Source: an uncultured Gammaproteobacteria bacterium (GTDB lineage Bacteria; Patescibacteriota; Patescibacteriia; UBA9570; XYC2-FULL-38-9). From it: DNA of 52,147 bases. Made by a program: the position numbers and the translations under genes. Within the stretch, counting starts at the first letter, position 1; every line of letters begins with the position of its first letter. The notes beneath the pieces are model-generated. The model saw only the letters and a list, made by a program, of their open reading frames with translations. It made no database searches and was not told where the DNA came from. The stretch spans positions 50,149 to 102,295 of the forward strand of contig CAYFNF010000003.1 of NCBI GenBank assembly GCA_964344485.1, written 5' to 3'. Below, piece by piece: positions 1 to 8,524 of the stretch.

Positions 1-770
1 AAGCGATGCAGCGGACCAGCGTGCGGATGTCCAAACTTATTCTGTTGCCCAACTGAAATCAATGCGATTGCTGGTGAGAGCGCGTTAAGAAGCCGCGGAT
101 CGGTGCCAGTGCGACTTCCGTGATGTGATACTTTAAGTATATCGATAGGCGTTCGGATAACTTGCTGTTCTTGAAGGTGTTCTACTGCTTGCATCTCAAT
201 CTCTTGTGACGCATCTCCAGTAAACAGCGCTTGCACCTCTTTATAATGAAGCATAAACACCACAGAATCATCGTTCACGTCATCATGAAAGTCTGGTGGA
301 TTTGGATGTAGGAACTCTAGGCGCAGTCCTGGTTCCACTTCTAAACTCCATCCACGATACGCTTGTACTATTTCTGTTCCGTATTTCTCCTGCCATTGAA
401 TCAACTCATGTGAAAAGCCTGTAGACTTCTCTGTTCCGCTGGTAATGAGCATATCGATATCATACGCATCCGGCAACTCTACTAGCCCAGCGATATGATC
501 TGCATCTGGATGAGTGGCAATCACAATATCGATGTGATGATCGTGAGGTGGAAGTACTTCCCCGAGTTCAGAGAGAATTCTTCTGTCCGGACCTCCGTCT
601 ACCACAATGTCTATATCAGAAGGTGTCCGGATATGCAATGCATCTCCTTGACCGATATCGAGCAAAGTAATCTGTAGCTCTTGTGAGTTATGAAGGAACT
701 GATACGCAATAGCGCATGCACACAAACAGACACTAATAAAAAGAGTTTTTACAGCGGTAGTATTACTCAT
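1..770 (-). CDS. ComEC-type metallo-beta-lactamase (MBL) domain protein encoded as a separate ORF; 3' end runs off the window
   Basis: Absent from the ORF track because there is no stop in the window. My minus-strand translation from the ATG at 770 reads MSNTTAVKTLFISVCLCACAIAYQF..ITLLDIGQGDALHIRTP..IVIATHPDADHIAGL..VFMLHYKEVQALFTGDAS..LKVSHHGSRTG..GQQNKFGHPH. This is a hydrophobic N-terminal anchor followed by ComEC C-terminal MBL motifs. The start overlaps the stop of ORF 763..2214 by 8 nt (ATGAGTAA). Confidence 0.75.
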   Translation of the reverse strand, partial: MSNTTAVKTLFISVCLCACAIAYQFLHNSQELQITLLDIGQGDALHIRTPSDIDIVVDGGPDRRILSELGEVLPPHDHHIDIVIATHPDADHIAGLVELPDAYDIDMLITSGTEKSTGFSHELIQWQEKYGTEIVQAYRGWSLEVEPGLRLEFLHPNPPDFHDDVNDDSVVFMLHYKEVQALFTGDASQEIEMQAVEHLQEQQVIRTPIDILKVSHHGSRTGTDPRLLNALSPAIALISVGQQNKFGHPHAGPLHR

Positions 771-2214
771 GTGTTCGCAGTACTGAGTAATACGCCCACA
801 GCGCAAAAGCACCATACGCTGCTAAAAGAGTGAATGGATGGAACTGCGGAATGTCAATTGAAGCATACGGAAGCGATGCACAGAATTGTACCACTTCGAT
901 CATACAGTGAATCAAGTAGTACAGTGGTAAAAACACCCATGCTGCGAGTACCGTGCTTACCATACTGAGAATGATGCAGCAGATACCACCGGTCATTACT
1001 ATGGGCATCAAGGGAACTATCACTAAGTTTACCAGCAGAGCAATTGGAGAGTATGTATGGAAGTTGTAGGCAATGATCGGTGTTGTTGCGATAATCGCGG
1101 AGATTGATGTTGCAGCAGTGCTACGCACTTGCAGCCATTGCGGAACCCACCATAGCTTCTTCTCCCACCACGATGAGAACAATACGATACCTGCAGTCGC
1201 GAGAAACGATAATTGAAACCCGACGTCGTGCAAGAGGAGTAATGGATTCACCGCTAGCATGCTTGCTGCGCATATCACTAACAGTCGGAGTGAAGACTTC
1301 TGTCTACCCAACAGCTGACTGAACAGAAGTGTACTCCCAAATACGGCTGCGCGAACAGCAGACGGTTGTACTCCGGTAAATACCACATACAGAGCAAGTA
1401 ATGTAATAACACCAACAACAATAGCTCGTTGTGATATCGGACACTGTTTGAGTACTACAAGGATCATTGCGGTTAACAGCGAGACATGAAGACCGGATAT
1501 CACCAACACATGAGATGTTCCGGTCTTACGAAACGCATTCATGATCTCTGGAGGGATAGCGCGCTTTTGTCCAAAAAACGCACCGAGTATGATTGTTTGT
1601 TCTGGTGGAGCGAGCGCATGTTGAAACGATCGCAGCATAAAGCGCTTTGCGAGAAAGAGCGAACGCTTGAACGACGGTTGTACTCCGGTAATGGTAACGC
1701 CAGGATAGTAGCATGTCGCACTGATATGGTGTCGCTCTAGATACTTATCATATCGAAATCCATCAAACGGCTCAGGTTTTCGCAACAAGCATTCAATAAC
1801 TACCGTATCCCCAACTGTGAGACGAGGGTGTAGCGGCATGGAGACCTGCAGTAATCCATGTAATTGATCGCTCAGAACCACTGCTCGCTGTGAATCAATA
1901 CGTAACTCTGGCTCTGCATGAACCACGCCTTGCAGAGTCATCCATTGATCGTACGGATCCTGCTGTATGGATGGGAGTGTGCTCACCCTCCATATTCCTG
2001 CAAAACAACACACCATGCAGAGCGACACTATGCGACCCCATGGATGTTGAAGTAGTGCAAATATAATGCATGCTGCTACTAACCCCGATGCCATGATTGT
2101 ATATGGAATGTCAGTGACGCTCTGTATCCAAATACCACAGATCCAGCTAGCAGCCCCGAGCACGACATACTGCGACGAATGAACTCTTTTCACAATAATA
2201 AATACCCCGTTCAC
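763..2214 (-). CDS. comEC: ComEC/Rec2 DNA-uptake channel, membrane part (DUF4131 + Competence domain) without the MBL domain
   Basis: 483-aa polytopic ORF. It carries the Competence-domain signature FRKTGTSHVLVISGLHVSLL and many TM helices. Confidence 0.85.
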   Translation of the reverse strand: MNGVFIIVKRVHSSQYVVLGAASWICGIWIQSVTDIPYTIMASGLVAACIIFALLQHPWGRIVSLCMVCCFAGIWRVSTLPSIQQDPYDQWMTLQGVVHAEPELRIDSQRAVVLSDQLHGLLQVSMPLHPRLTVGDTVVIECLLRKPEPFDGFRYDKYLERHHISATCYYPGVTITGVQPSFKRSLFLAKRFMLRSFQHALAPPEQTIILGAFFGQKRAIPPEIMNAFRKTGTSHVLVISGLHVSLLTAMILVVLKQCPISQRAIVVGVITLLALYVVFTGVQPSAVRAAVFGSTLLFSQLLGRQKSSLRLLVICAASMLAVNPLLLLHDVGFQLSFLATAGIVLFSSWWEKKLWWVPQWLQVRSTAATSISAIIATTPIIAYNFHTYSPIALLVNLVIVPLMPIVMTGGICCIILSMVSTVLAAWVFLPLYYLIHCMIEVVQFCASLPYASIDIPQFHPFTLLAAYGAFALWAYYSVLRTHE

Positions 2215-2269
2215 AGGGGCGCTGAAGTGTCTGTTTCTACCCTAACACAGAAAAATATTTCTGCAAGTA

Positions 2270-4105
2270 CTACTCTACAGTAACAGATTTTGCCAGATTT
2301 CGTGGCTGATCAACATCACACCCGCGCAGTACTGCGGTGTGGTACGCGAATAACTGTAATGGAATGACTGACAGCAGCGGCGTGAGCATCTCTAGAGTCT
2401 TAGGAATATAGATAATGTCGTCTGCCAAATCATTTAGCTCAGTGTTGCCTTGCGTGGTAACCACGATGGCTTTTCCTTTTCTCGCCTTAAGCTCTTGTAG
2501 ATTTGATACATTTTTGTCATAGACCGAGTCTTGCGGCATGACAAAGACTGAATAGAACCGGTCGTCAATCAACGCAAGTGGCCCGTGTTTCAACTCGCCA
2601 GAGTGGTACCCTTCGGCGTTTACATACGAAATTTCTTTTAGCTTCTGCGCTCCTTCTCGTGCAATTCCGAAATTATACTTGCGTCCAAGGAAGAAGGCGT
2701 GATCTAGATCTTGATACTTCTCCGCGATCTTTAGAATGCGATCATTCTGTTCCAATATATTCTCCACTTTCTTAGGCAGCTTCAACAGCTCCTTAGCAAT
2801 ACGTTGGCCGTGCGTGAGAGAGAGTCCGCGTTGCCGTCCTAATGCAAGAGCAAATAACGCAAGTAAGTTTATCATGCCGACAAACGCCTTAGTAGATGCG
2901 ACTGCAATCTCAGGACCAGCGTGAATATACGCTCCACTCTCAACCTCTCGCGCAATCGTGGAACCAACAACATTCACAATCCCGAACGTCAGCGCGCCTT
3001 GTCGTTTTGCTTCTCGCAATGAGGCAATAGAATCTGCGGTCTCTCCAGACTGAGAGATCACTACCACTGCAGTATTCTTATCAATGACTGATTTACGATA
3101 TCGGAACTCAGACCCGATCTCTACTTCAGTGGTAATGCCGGCATACTCTTCAATCATATACTCTCCGACCACCGCAGCATACGACGCTGAGCCACACGCA
3201 ACCAATGTAATACGATCAATATTCTTCCACCGATCTAACTGTTCGTTAAATCCTCCTAAGTGAGCAATTCCTTCATCAGAAACTAACCGGCCACGAAGAC
3301 CGTCCATAATCACTTGTGGCTGCTCCATGATCTCTTTCAGCATGAAATGGTCGTACCCTTGTTTCTCAGCTTGATCGACATTCCAGTCTACATGGTTCGT
3401 TGGTCGTTGAATTTTCTTGTTATCAAGCGTCTTAATCGTATACCCCGTATCCGTGATAGTAACGATCTCCCGTTCTTCAATATAAATAACCTCTCTGGTG
3501 TAGGGAATCAGCGCTGTAACGTCTGATGCAATGATATACTCCCCTTTATCAACCACGCCAAGCACCAGTGGACTTCCCAGACGAGCTGCCACTACTTTCT
3601 TTGGCTCTCGAGATGATACCACTGCAATACCGTACGCTCCGACTACTTTTTTCAGCGCCAACTGCACGGCTTCTTCCAATGATCGATCTTCTGTGTACTG
3701 CTCTTCTATTAAATGAGCAAGGACTTCGGTGTCAGTCTCTGTAGTAAACGCATGTCCCTTTTCTTCTAATTGCGCTTTCAGAGATGGAAAATTCTCAATA
3801 ATGCCGTTATGAATAATATAGATATCGTTGGAACACCCCGAATGCGGATGTGCATTGGTATCTGTTGGCTCGCCATGCGTAGCCCAGCGAATGTGCCCGA
3901 TGCCAACCTGACCATTAAAATCAAAATTCTCCAGCTCTTCGAGTAAATTCGAGATCTTGCCAGCCTTCTTGCAAACCTCAACATTATCATTCTGAATAAT
4001 TGCAAGACCCGCAGAGTCGTAGCCACGATACTCCATGCGTTTCAACCCTTCTAACAGGATTGGTTGTACCTCTGATTTTCCTACATATCCTATGATGCCG
4101 CACAT
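2270..4105 (-). CDS. glmS: Glutamine--fructose-6-phosphate aminotransferase (isomerizing)
   Basis: 611 aa. N-terminal MCGIIGY Ntn-amidotransferase start, two SIS domains, C-terminal ..PRNLAKSVTVE. Confidence 0.97.
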   Translation of the reverse strand: MCGIIGYVGKSEVQPILLEGLKRMEYRGYDSAGLAIIQNDNVEVCKKAGKISNLLEELENFDFNGQVGIGHIRWATHGEPTDTNAHPHSGCSNDIYIIHNGIIENFPSLKAQLEEKGHAFTTETDTEVLAHLIEEQYTEDRSLEEAVQLALKKVVGAYGIAVVSSREPKKVVAARLGSPLVLGVVDKGEYIIASDVTALIPYTREVIYIEEREIVTITDTGYTIKTLDNKKIQRPTNHVDWNVDQAEKQGYDHFMLKEIMEQPQVIMDGLRGRLVSDEGIAHLGGFNEQLDRWKNIDRITLVACGSASYAAVVGEYMIEEYAGITTEVEIGSEFRYRKSVIDKNTAVVVISQSGETADSIASLREAKRQGALTFGIVNVVGSTIAREVESGAYIHAGPEIAVASTKAFVGMINLLALFALALGRQRGLSLTHGQRIAKELLKLPKKVENILEQNDRILKIAEKYQDLDHAFFLGRKYNFGIAREGAQKLKEISYVNAEGYHSGELKHGPLALIDDRFYSVFVMPQDSVYDKNVSNLQELKARKGKAIVVTTQGNTELNDLADDIIYIPKTLEMLTPLLSVIPLQLFAYHTAVLRGCDVDQPRNLAKSVTVE

Positions 4106-4163
4106 ATTTTTATACTATTATCGTTATACTACTATCTCGTATTTACTAGGTCTTGTCAATCGC

Positions 4164-5261
4164 TTAGTTCTCTTGTTCCTGCTTCCAGCGAAGAAATGCC
4201 TCAATAAAATCTTCTAACGCCCCGTCTAGTACTGCGTCCGGGTCTTTTACTTCATGCTTGGTGCGATGATCTTTTACCATTTTGTATGGATGGAGTACAT
4301 ACGAACGGATCTGATTCCCCCACTCTGCAGATGCATACTCTCCGCGTAGCTTCTGCTTCTCTTGTTCTTGCTCTTCCAAGTACTTGGTATGCAGCTTACT
4401 CTTTAATATCTTCAATGCGGTTGCTTTATTCTGATGTTGTGACTTTTCATTCTGACACGTCACAGTAATATTCGTCGGTGTATGCACAATACGCACTGCC
4501 GAGTCGGTGGTATTCACACTTTGTCCGCCGTGACCGCTGGAGCGGAATACATCAATACGCAAATCCTTCTCATCGACCTCAATCTCTTTTACATCACCAA
4601 AGTCTGGTATGACCTCCATGAGCGCGAAGCTCGTGTGTCGCATGGATTCTGCATCGAATGGTGAAATTCGCACGAGTCGATGTACGCCATGTTCTGACTG
4701 CAAGTACCCATACGCATAACGTCCATGCACATGTAGCGTTACACTCTTGATCCCAGCTTCAGATCCACGTGAGGTGTCTAGCACTTGCACTGTCCATCCA
4801 CGTTGCTCGCAGTATCGCGTGATCATCCGCAGTAACACCTCAGTCCAGTCTTGTGCATCTACCCCTCCAGCTCCGGCATGAATTGAGAGAATCGCGTCAT
4901 GACCATCATACTCGCCAGAAAGCAACAGATAGAACTCAAGCTGCGCGAATCGCTTTTGAATCTCTTGGCTCTTTTTCTCAATATCACCAGCGATCGCATC
5001 GTCTTGTTCTTTTTCCGACATAGTAATCAACTCAATCAGGTCATCGACGTCTTTCTCTATAGAATTCCACTGCTCCAGCTCTTGCTGCAACTCGCTTAAC
5101 TCTTGCGATAGTAACTTTGCGCGCTGCTGATCGTTCCAAAACGCCGGATCATTGACCTCTGCCTCCAAATCAAAGATACGCTGCTGCGTTTCATCCAGAT
5201 GTAGCAGCTCAGCAGTTTGCTGAATCTTCTCTTTTAACTGTTGTAACTCTTCACTATTCAT
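4164..5261 (-). CDS. prfB: Peptide chain release factor 2, single uninterrupted ORF (no +1 frameshift site)
   Basis: 365 aa. SPF tripeptide (RISPFDA), GGQ motif (SSGHGGQSVNTTDSAVRI), and coiled-coil N-terminus in the same frame. Confidence 0.95.
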   Translation of the reverse strand: MNSEELQQLKEKIQQTAELLHLDETQQRIFDLEAEVNDPAFWNDQQRAKLLSQELSELQQELEQWNSIEKDVDDLIELITMSEKEQDDAIAGDIEKKSQEIQKRFAQLEFYLLLSGEYDGHDAILSIHAGAGGVDAQDWTEVLLRMITRYCEQRGWTVQVLDTSRGSEAGIKSVTLHVHGRYAYGYLQSEHGVHRLVRISPFDAESMRHTSFALMEVIPDFGDVKEIEVDEKDLRIDVFRSSGHGGQSVNTTDSAVRIVHTPTNITVTCQNEKSQHQNKATALKILKSKLHTKYLEEQEQEKQKLRGEYASAEWGNQIRSYVLHPYKMVKDHRTKHEVKDPDAVLDGALEDFIEAFLRWKQEQEN

Positions 5262-5321
5262 ACCCTTTCTATCCTACTGTGTTTTCCTGCCTTTGACAAT
5301 GTATAAAAAAAGGCGATTCAC

Positions 5322-5666
5322 TCACTGGACCATGGTGAGGCTGGACAGGACCATGCCTACATGAAGAACGATGAGTGACAGGACCTCTCCCATGAGTACG
5401 ATCCATCGCGCTGAACGAGTCAGACGCTGGCGCAGGCGCATGATCCTCCACCAGCAGTAGAGCGCGGCAGCGTAGCCTGCAAGAGCAAACGTGAGCTGCA
5501 TAGTCGCGGTCTCCTGCACAGCGGTGTACCCGAATGCATAGGGATGGTGGAAGAACGAATCCACGTTCCGTATCCCTGCAGCACCGAGTAGCCACATCAA
5601 CAGGAACAGCCCGAAGGCTGTCGCCAACGGCCAGCGCGGGAGAGTCTGTGACGACTCCAAAGACAC
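5322..5666 (-). CDS. Hypothetical small polytopic membrane protein with GC3-rich foreign codon usage (GTG start)
   Basis: 114-aa ORF with 3-4 hydrophobic helices. By my codon count about 70% of codons end in G/C, whereas neighbouring genes mostly end in A/T. Overlapping alternative-frame ORFs are typical of GC-rich DNA. Confidence 0.5.
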   Translation of the reverse strand: MSLESSQTLPRWPLATAFGLFLLMWLLGAAGIRNVDSFFHHPYAFGYTAVQETATMQLTFALAGYAAALYCWWRIMRLRQRLTRSARWIVLMGEVLSLIVLHVGMVLSSLTMVQ

Positions 5667-5733
5667 CTCTCTTTCACTGCACTGACTTGTTTGTGCAGCG
5701 TATTGTACCGATTATTCACTTTTTTGCAATAGG

Positions 5734-6933
5734 CTATGATTCGTTGGGTGATGTCGGCATTTCAGCTAAGGTAACATCCACATCCTTCTCTTCTCCGTCA
5801 TGATAGACCTTTAGTGTGACGGTGTCCCCGATTTCATATCCTTTTATTAGTGATGACAACGAATTATCACCGTCGATTTTGGTTTGGTTTACTTCTAAGA
5901 TAATGTCTCCTTCTTCAATTCCTGCTTTGTCCGCAGCTCCGCCTGGGATCACTCCAAACTCCTTGTTTGAACCACCGCGGATATATGCTCCATATTCGTA
6001 CGGGAGACTATTCAGCTCTGCAATCTCTTCTGTAACTTGAATATACCGAATTCCGAGTGCTGGTCGAATAATACGACCGTGTTCTTTTACACTGTCAATT
6101 GCAATTTTGGTTTCATTTATCGGAATTGCGAATCCAATACCTTCTCCAGACCGATCAACAGCGGTATTAATCCCGATCACTTGTCCAGCAAGGTTTAACA
6201 ACGGCCCACCAGAGTTCCCTTCATTAATCGCTGCATCGGTTTGGATTAAGTCCGTATAGTTACCACCTAGATCGCGAAGCAATCCCGAGATTACGCCCTT
6301 GGTCACAGTATTACTGTACTCTCCAAGTGTATTTCCGATAGCGATCACGGTCTGTCCTTGCTTTAATGAGTCAGAATCACCTAACTCTAACGGTGCTAAC
6401 CCAGTTGCTTCAATGGAGATAATAGCGAGGTCGGTAAATTGGTCTTGTGCTAGTACTGTAGCTTCATAGGTGCTGTCGTCTTCGAATACCACGGTATATG
6501 ACGCATCACTGTCGCTCACTACATGGCGATTCGTCAGTATTAGCCCGTCTTCTGATACCACAAAACCACTTCCTTCTCCGACTTCCACTTCTTCGGTCTC
6601 TCCTCCTTCAACAGGAGGTGTCTCTTCAAACGGATCTGAAAAGAAAAAATCATCAAAGAACGGATGTGCATTTCGTGCATTGCGATTGGTGCGCAGCTCT
6701 TTTGTAATGACGATACTTACTACTGAAGACTGGACTTGCTCAACTACCTGTGTAGTGGATGAGTCCTCTACTACAGTACGAGTTTCGCCGCTGCTGTCAG
6801 TGATGGTGATTTGCTCTGTCGTACCAGTAGCAGCTGTTTGAACAGTGATATAGCCAATGATACCACCACCAATAATTCCACCAATGACACCGATAAACAG
6901 TGTCAGGATTAATGGAGCGCATTTATTCTGCAT
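5734..6933 (-). CDS. htrA: HtrA/DegP-family serine protease with N-terminal membrane anchor and C-terminal PDZ domain
   Basis: Catalytic-triad contexts ILTNRHVV, TDLAII and GNSGGPLLN. PDZ-like C-terminus (GDIILEVNQTKI). Confidence 0.9.
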   Translation of the reverse strand: MQNKCAPLILTLFIGVIGGIIGGGIIGYITVQTAATGTTEQITITDSSGETRTVVEDSSTTQVVEQVQSSVVSIVITKELRTNRNARNAHPFFDDFFFSDPFEETPPVEGGETEEVEVGEGSGFVVSEDGLILTNRHVVSDSDASYTVVFEDDSTYEATVLAQDQFTDLAIISIEATGLAPLELGDSDSLKQGQTVIAIGNTLGEYSNTVTKGVISGLLRDLGGNYTDLIQTDAAINEGNSGGPLLNLAGQVIGINTAVDRSGEGIGFAIPINETKIAIDSVKEHGRIIRPALGIRYIQVTEEIAELNSLPYEYGAYIRGGSNKEFGVIPGGAADKAGIEEGDIILEVNQTKIDGDNSLSSLIKGYEIGDTVTLKVYHDGEEKDVDVTLAEMPTSPNES

Positions 6934-6961
6934 AGAATGAATATTACTGATTGTTTATTGT

Positions 6962-6991
6962 ATAGTATAAAATGTCTCTTTCTCGCGTCAA
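6962..6991 (-). promoter_or_regulatory. Sigma70-type promoter upstream of htrA
   Basis: Minus strand reads TTGACG (6991..6986), then a 16-18 nt spacer, then TATACT/TACTAT, about 30 nt upstream of the ATG at 6933. Confidence 0.45.
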
Positions 6992-7050
6992 TGTGTAGTT
7001 CTCTAGTTACAAAAAAATCGCCTACTCCCCTTACTACTACGCTCTGACGA

Positions 7051-7305
7051 TTAATTCTCTTTCGTTTTTCCTTTCTCAGAACGATCTACTACTTCTTGCA
7101 AGGCGGTAACCATCTCTTGAATTTGCTCTGGTGACAATCCATGCAGCTGAGCACCGTTGCCTATAGTATCAAACATCTTGCCTGGACACGTTAAACAGTA
7201 CGCATCCTTCATATACGTTCGTAGCACTTCCTCGGTTTCAGGGTATTGCTCGAGCAATTCTCCAAATATGGTTTCTGGCCCAACTTTCATCTGTTTATTG
7301 CTCAT
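7051..7305 (-). CDS. DUF1858 (hybrid-cluster-protein-associated redox disulfide) domain protein
   Basis: 84 aa. The pattern TIFGELLEQYPETEEVLRTYMKDAYCLTCPG..TIGNGAQLHGL matches my recollection of DUF1858. Confidence 0.65.
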   Translation of the reverse strand: MSNKQMKVGPETIFGELLEQYPETEEVLRTYMKDAYCLTCPGKMFDTIGNGAQLHGLSPEQIQEMVTALQEVVDRSEKGKTKEN

Positions 7306-7675
7306 TGGTCGGTACGCCCTCTGTCACGTGTTCTTGCTGTAATAGATCTTGGAACAGCTGCATTACATCTTGGTTCGTGTCCACGGTACCGCCCACACTG
7401 GAGGTAATGGTCCCAACCATATTGTTTAGAAGTCGCGGGAGAATAAAGAACGCTCCAAGAATTGGCAATATAATAAAGAGCACGGTGATAAAAAATTTAA
7501 TCATGTGCATGGTGCGCATCTGTCGCACGATGCGATGCACGTCTTGTAGTAGTGTATGATTCTGCTCTAATAACTCCTGAATGCGGTCATGTTCAGATGC
7601 GGGTTTCCCTGGCACGGCCTCCTCTTGAGGTACAGCGCCCGGCTCCTTTTTAGTTGTCGGCTTCGGAGTTGACAT
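7295..7675 (-). CDS. Hypothetical single-pass membrane protein
   Basis: ORF 7295..7735 begins with TTG. An ATG at 7675 (MSTPKPTTKKEP..) fits better, giving a 26-nt overlap with the upstream gene. One TM helix (FFITVLFIILPILGAFFILP). No recognised family. Confidence 0.5.
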   Translation of the reverse strand: MSTPKPTTKKEPGAVPQEEAVPGKPASEHDRIQELLEQNHTLLQDVHRIVRQMRTMHMIKFFITVLFIILPILGAFFILPRLLNNMVGTITSSVGGTVDTNQDVMQLFQDLLQQEHVTEGVPTNEQ

Positions 7676-8249
7676 ATGTTGATCGTCGGGATGACAGTGA
7701 TTGAATCCAGGTTGGAGCATATTTCCATGCTGCAAGCGCTATTACGGATACTACGGGAACGATGATGAGAGTGCTCATGAGTTGCATGCGAAGGAACGGT
7801 AATCCAGCAACATAACAAAGTAGTAACCCATCTATCGTGTGCGGATAGAGACCTGAGAGGTGCCAGACGCCGAAATTTGTCCAGGCAAAGAAGAATCCAT
7901 TTCCCAGCACACCCATACCAGTGAGTTGCAGCGAGTGTTTTACAATATGCTTTTTGCGTTTTCGAATAAACCATCCAAATACACCCATGGCAGCCCACGC
8001 AGTCCAGGTGTAGAGTAGGATATTACTGTTTCCAATAAAGATATCAGTAATCGCCACTACTGAAAGTCCAATAACAATTGTCCAGACCCCTCCAAGTAAC
8101 GAGCCGGCAAGAAGTGATACCACAGTAATGGTTTCAATATTGGGAATATCTTGAAGAAGATACCGTCCTGTTGCACCAAACGCAATGAGTAACACCGCGC
8201 TCACTATTTTGATGGTGGTAAATTGTGACGTTGTCCATCCTCTGTTCAT
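7650..8249 (-). CDS. DUF6580-like / ECF S-component-like solitary membrane transporter (substrate unknown)
   Basis: 199 aa, about 6 TM helices. The segment TNFGVWHLSGLYPHTIDGLLLCYVAGLPFLR matches my recollection of the NFGVW..YP.T..GL..CY...LPF signature of DUF6580. Confidence 0.55.
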   Translation of the reverse strand: MNRGWTTSQFTTIKIVSAVLLIAFGATGRYLLQDIPNIETITVVSLLAGSLLGGVWTIVIGLSVVAITDIFIGNSNILLYTWTAWAAMGVFGWFIRKRKKHIVKHSLQLTGMGVLGNGFFFAWTNFGVWHLSGLYPHTIDGLLLCYVAGLPFLRMQLMSTLIIVPVVSVIALAAWKYAPTWIQSLSSRRSTYVNSEADN

Positions 8250-8280
8250 GGTATAAATATCTCAATTATTATTCTTATTG

Positions 8281-8523
8281 TCAACCACTTTTTGCCTGTA
8301 TGTTATATCGTACACGCAATTTCTGAACTGTTTGCTGAAACTTGTCATCCACTTTCTTCATTTGCGTTCTCTCTTGTCGAAAAATCGAGAGTAGCTTTCG
8401 CATCTCTCTCTCAGAGAGTGTGTTATTGAAAAACGCCACAGCGATCATCTGTTTAGCATACGGCGGAAACAGTGTGCTGTTCTTTAGTAAAAGGACAAAT
8501 TCTTCGCGATCTGCTTGTTCCAT
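8281..8523 (-). CDS. Hypothetical 80-aa protein
   Basis: ORF 1 nt downstream of the upstream gene's stop. No recognised motif. Confidence 0.45.
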   Translation of the reverse strand: MEQADREEFVLLLKNSTLFPPYAKQMIAVAFFNNTLSEREMRKLLSIFRQERTQMKKVDDKFQQTVQKLRVRYNIQAKSG

Positions 8524-8524
8524 A

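Noticed and set aside
4164-5261. Programmed +1 frameshift site in prfB
   Set aside because: The N-terminal region is contiguous with the catalytic domains in one frame. No short upstream ORF ending in TGA is needed.
5269-5700. GC-rich islets (here and at 44060..44520) as structured RNA genes (RNase P RNA, tmRNA, SRP RNA), because GC peaks in AT-rich genomes are often ncRNAs
   Set aside because: I found no GGAAAGTCC-type P4 element, no tRNA-like ends or tag-ORF features, and no SRP-type motif on either strand. The GC excess shows 3-nt periodicity (codon position 3), which indicates coding sequence.
5269-5803. Overlapping alternative-frame ORFs in the first GC-rich islet (5269..5595 on the minus strand, 5534..5803 on the plus strand)
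   Set aside because: GC-rich DNA is stop-poor in all frames. Only the 5322..5666 frame gives a coherent helix-rich membrane protein with GC concentrated at codon position 3.
7567-7998. 143-aa minus-strand ORF overlapping the DUF6580-like gene; similarly 35982..36371 (129 aa), 41482..42108 (208 aa, antisense to mfd) and 36877..37446 (189 aa, antisense to rarA)
   Set aside because: Each overlaps a gene with clear family motifs and shows no hydrophobic or motif structure of its own.
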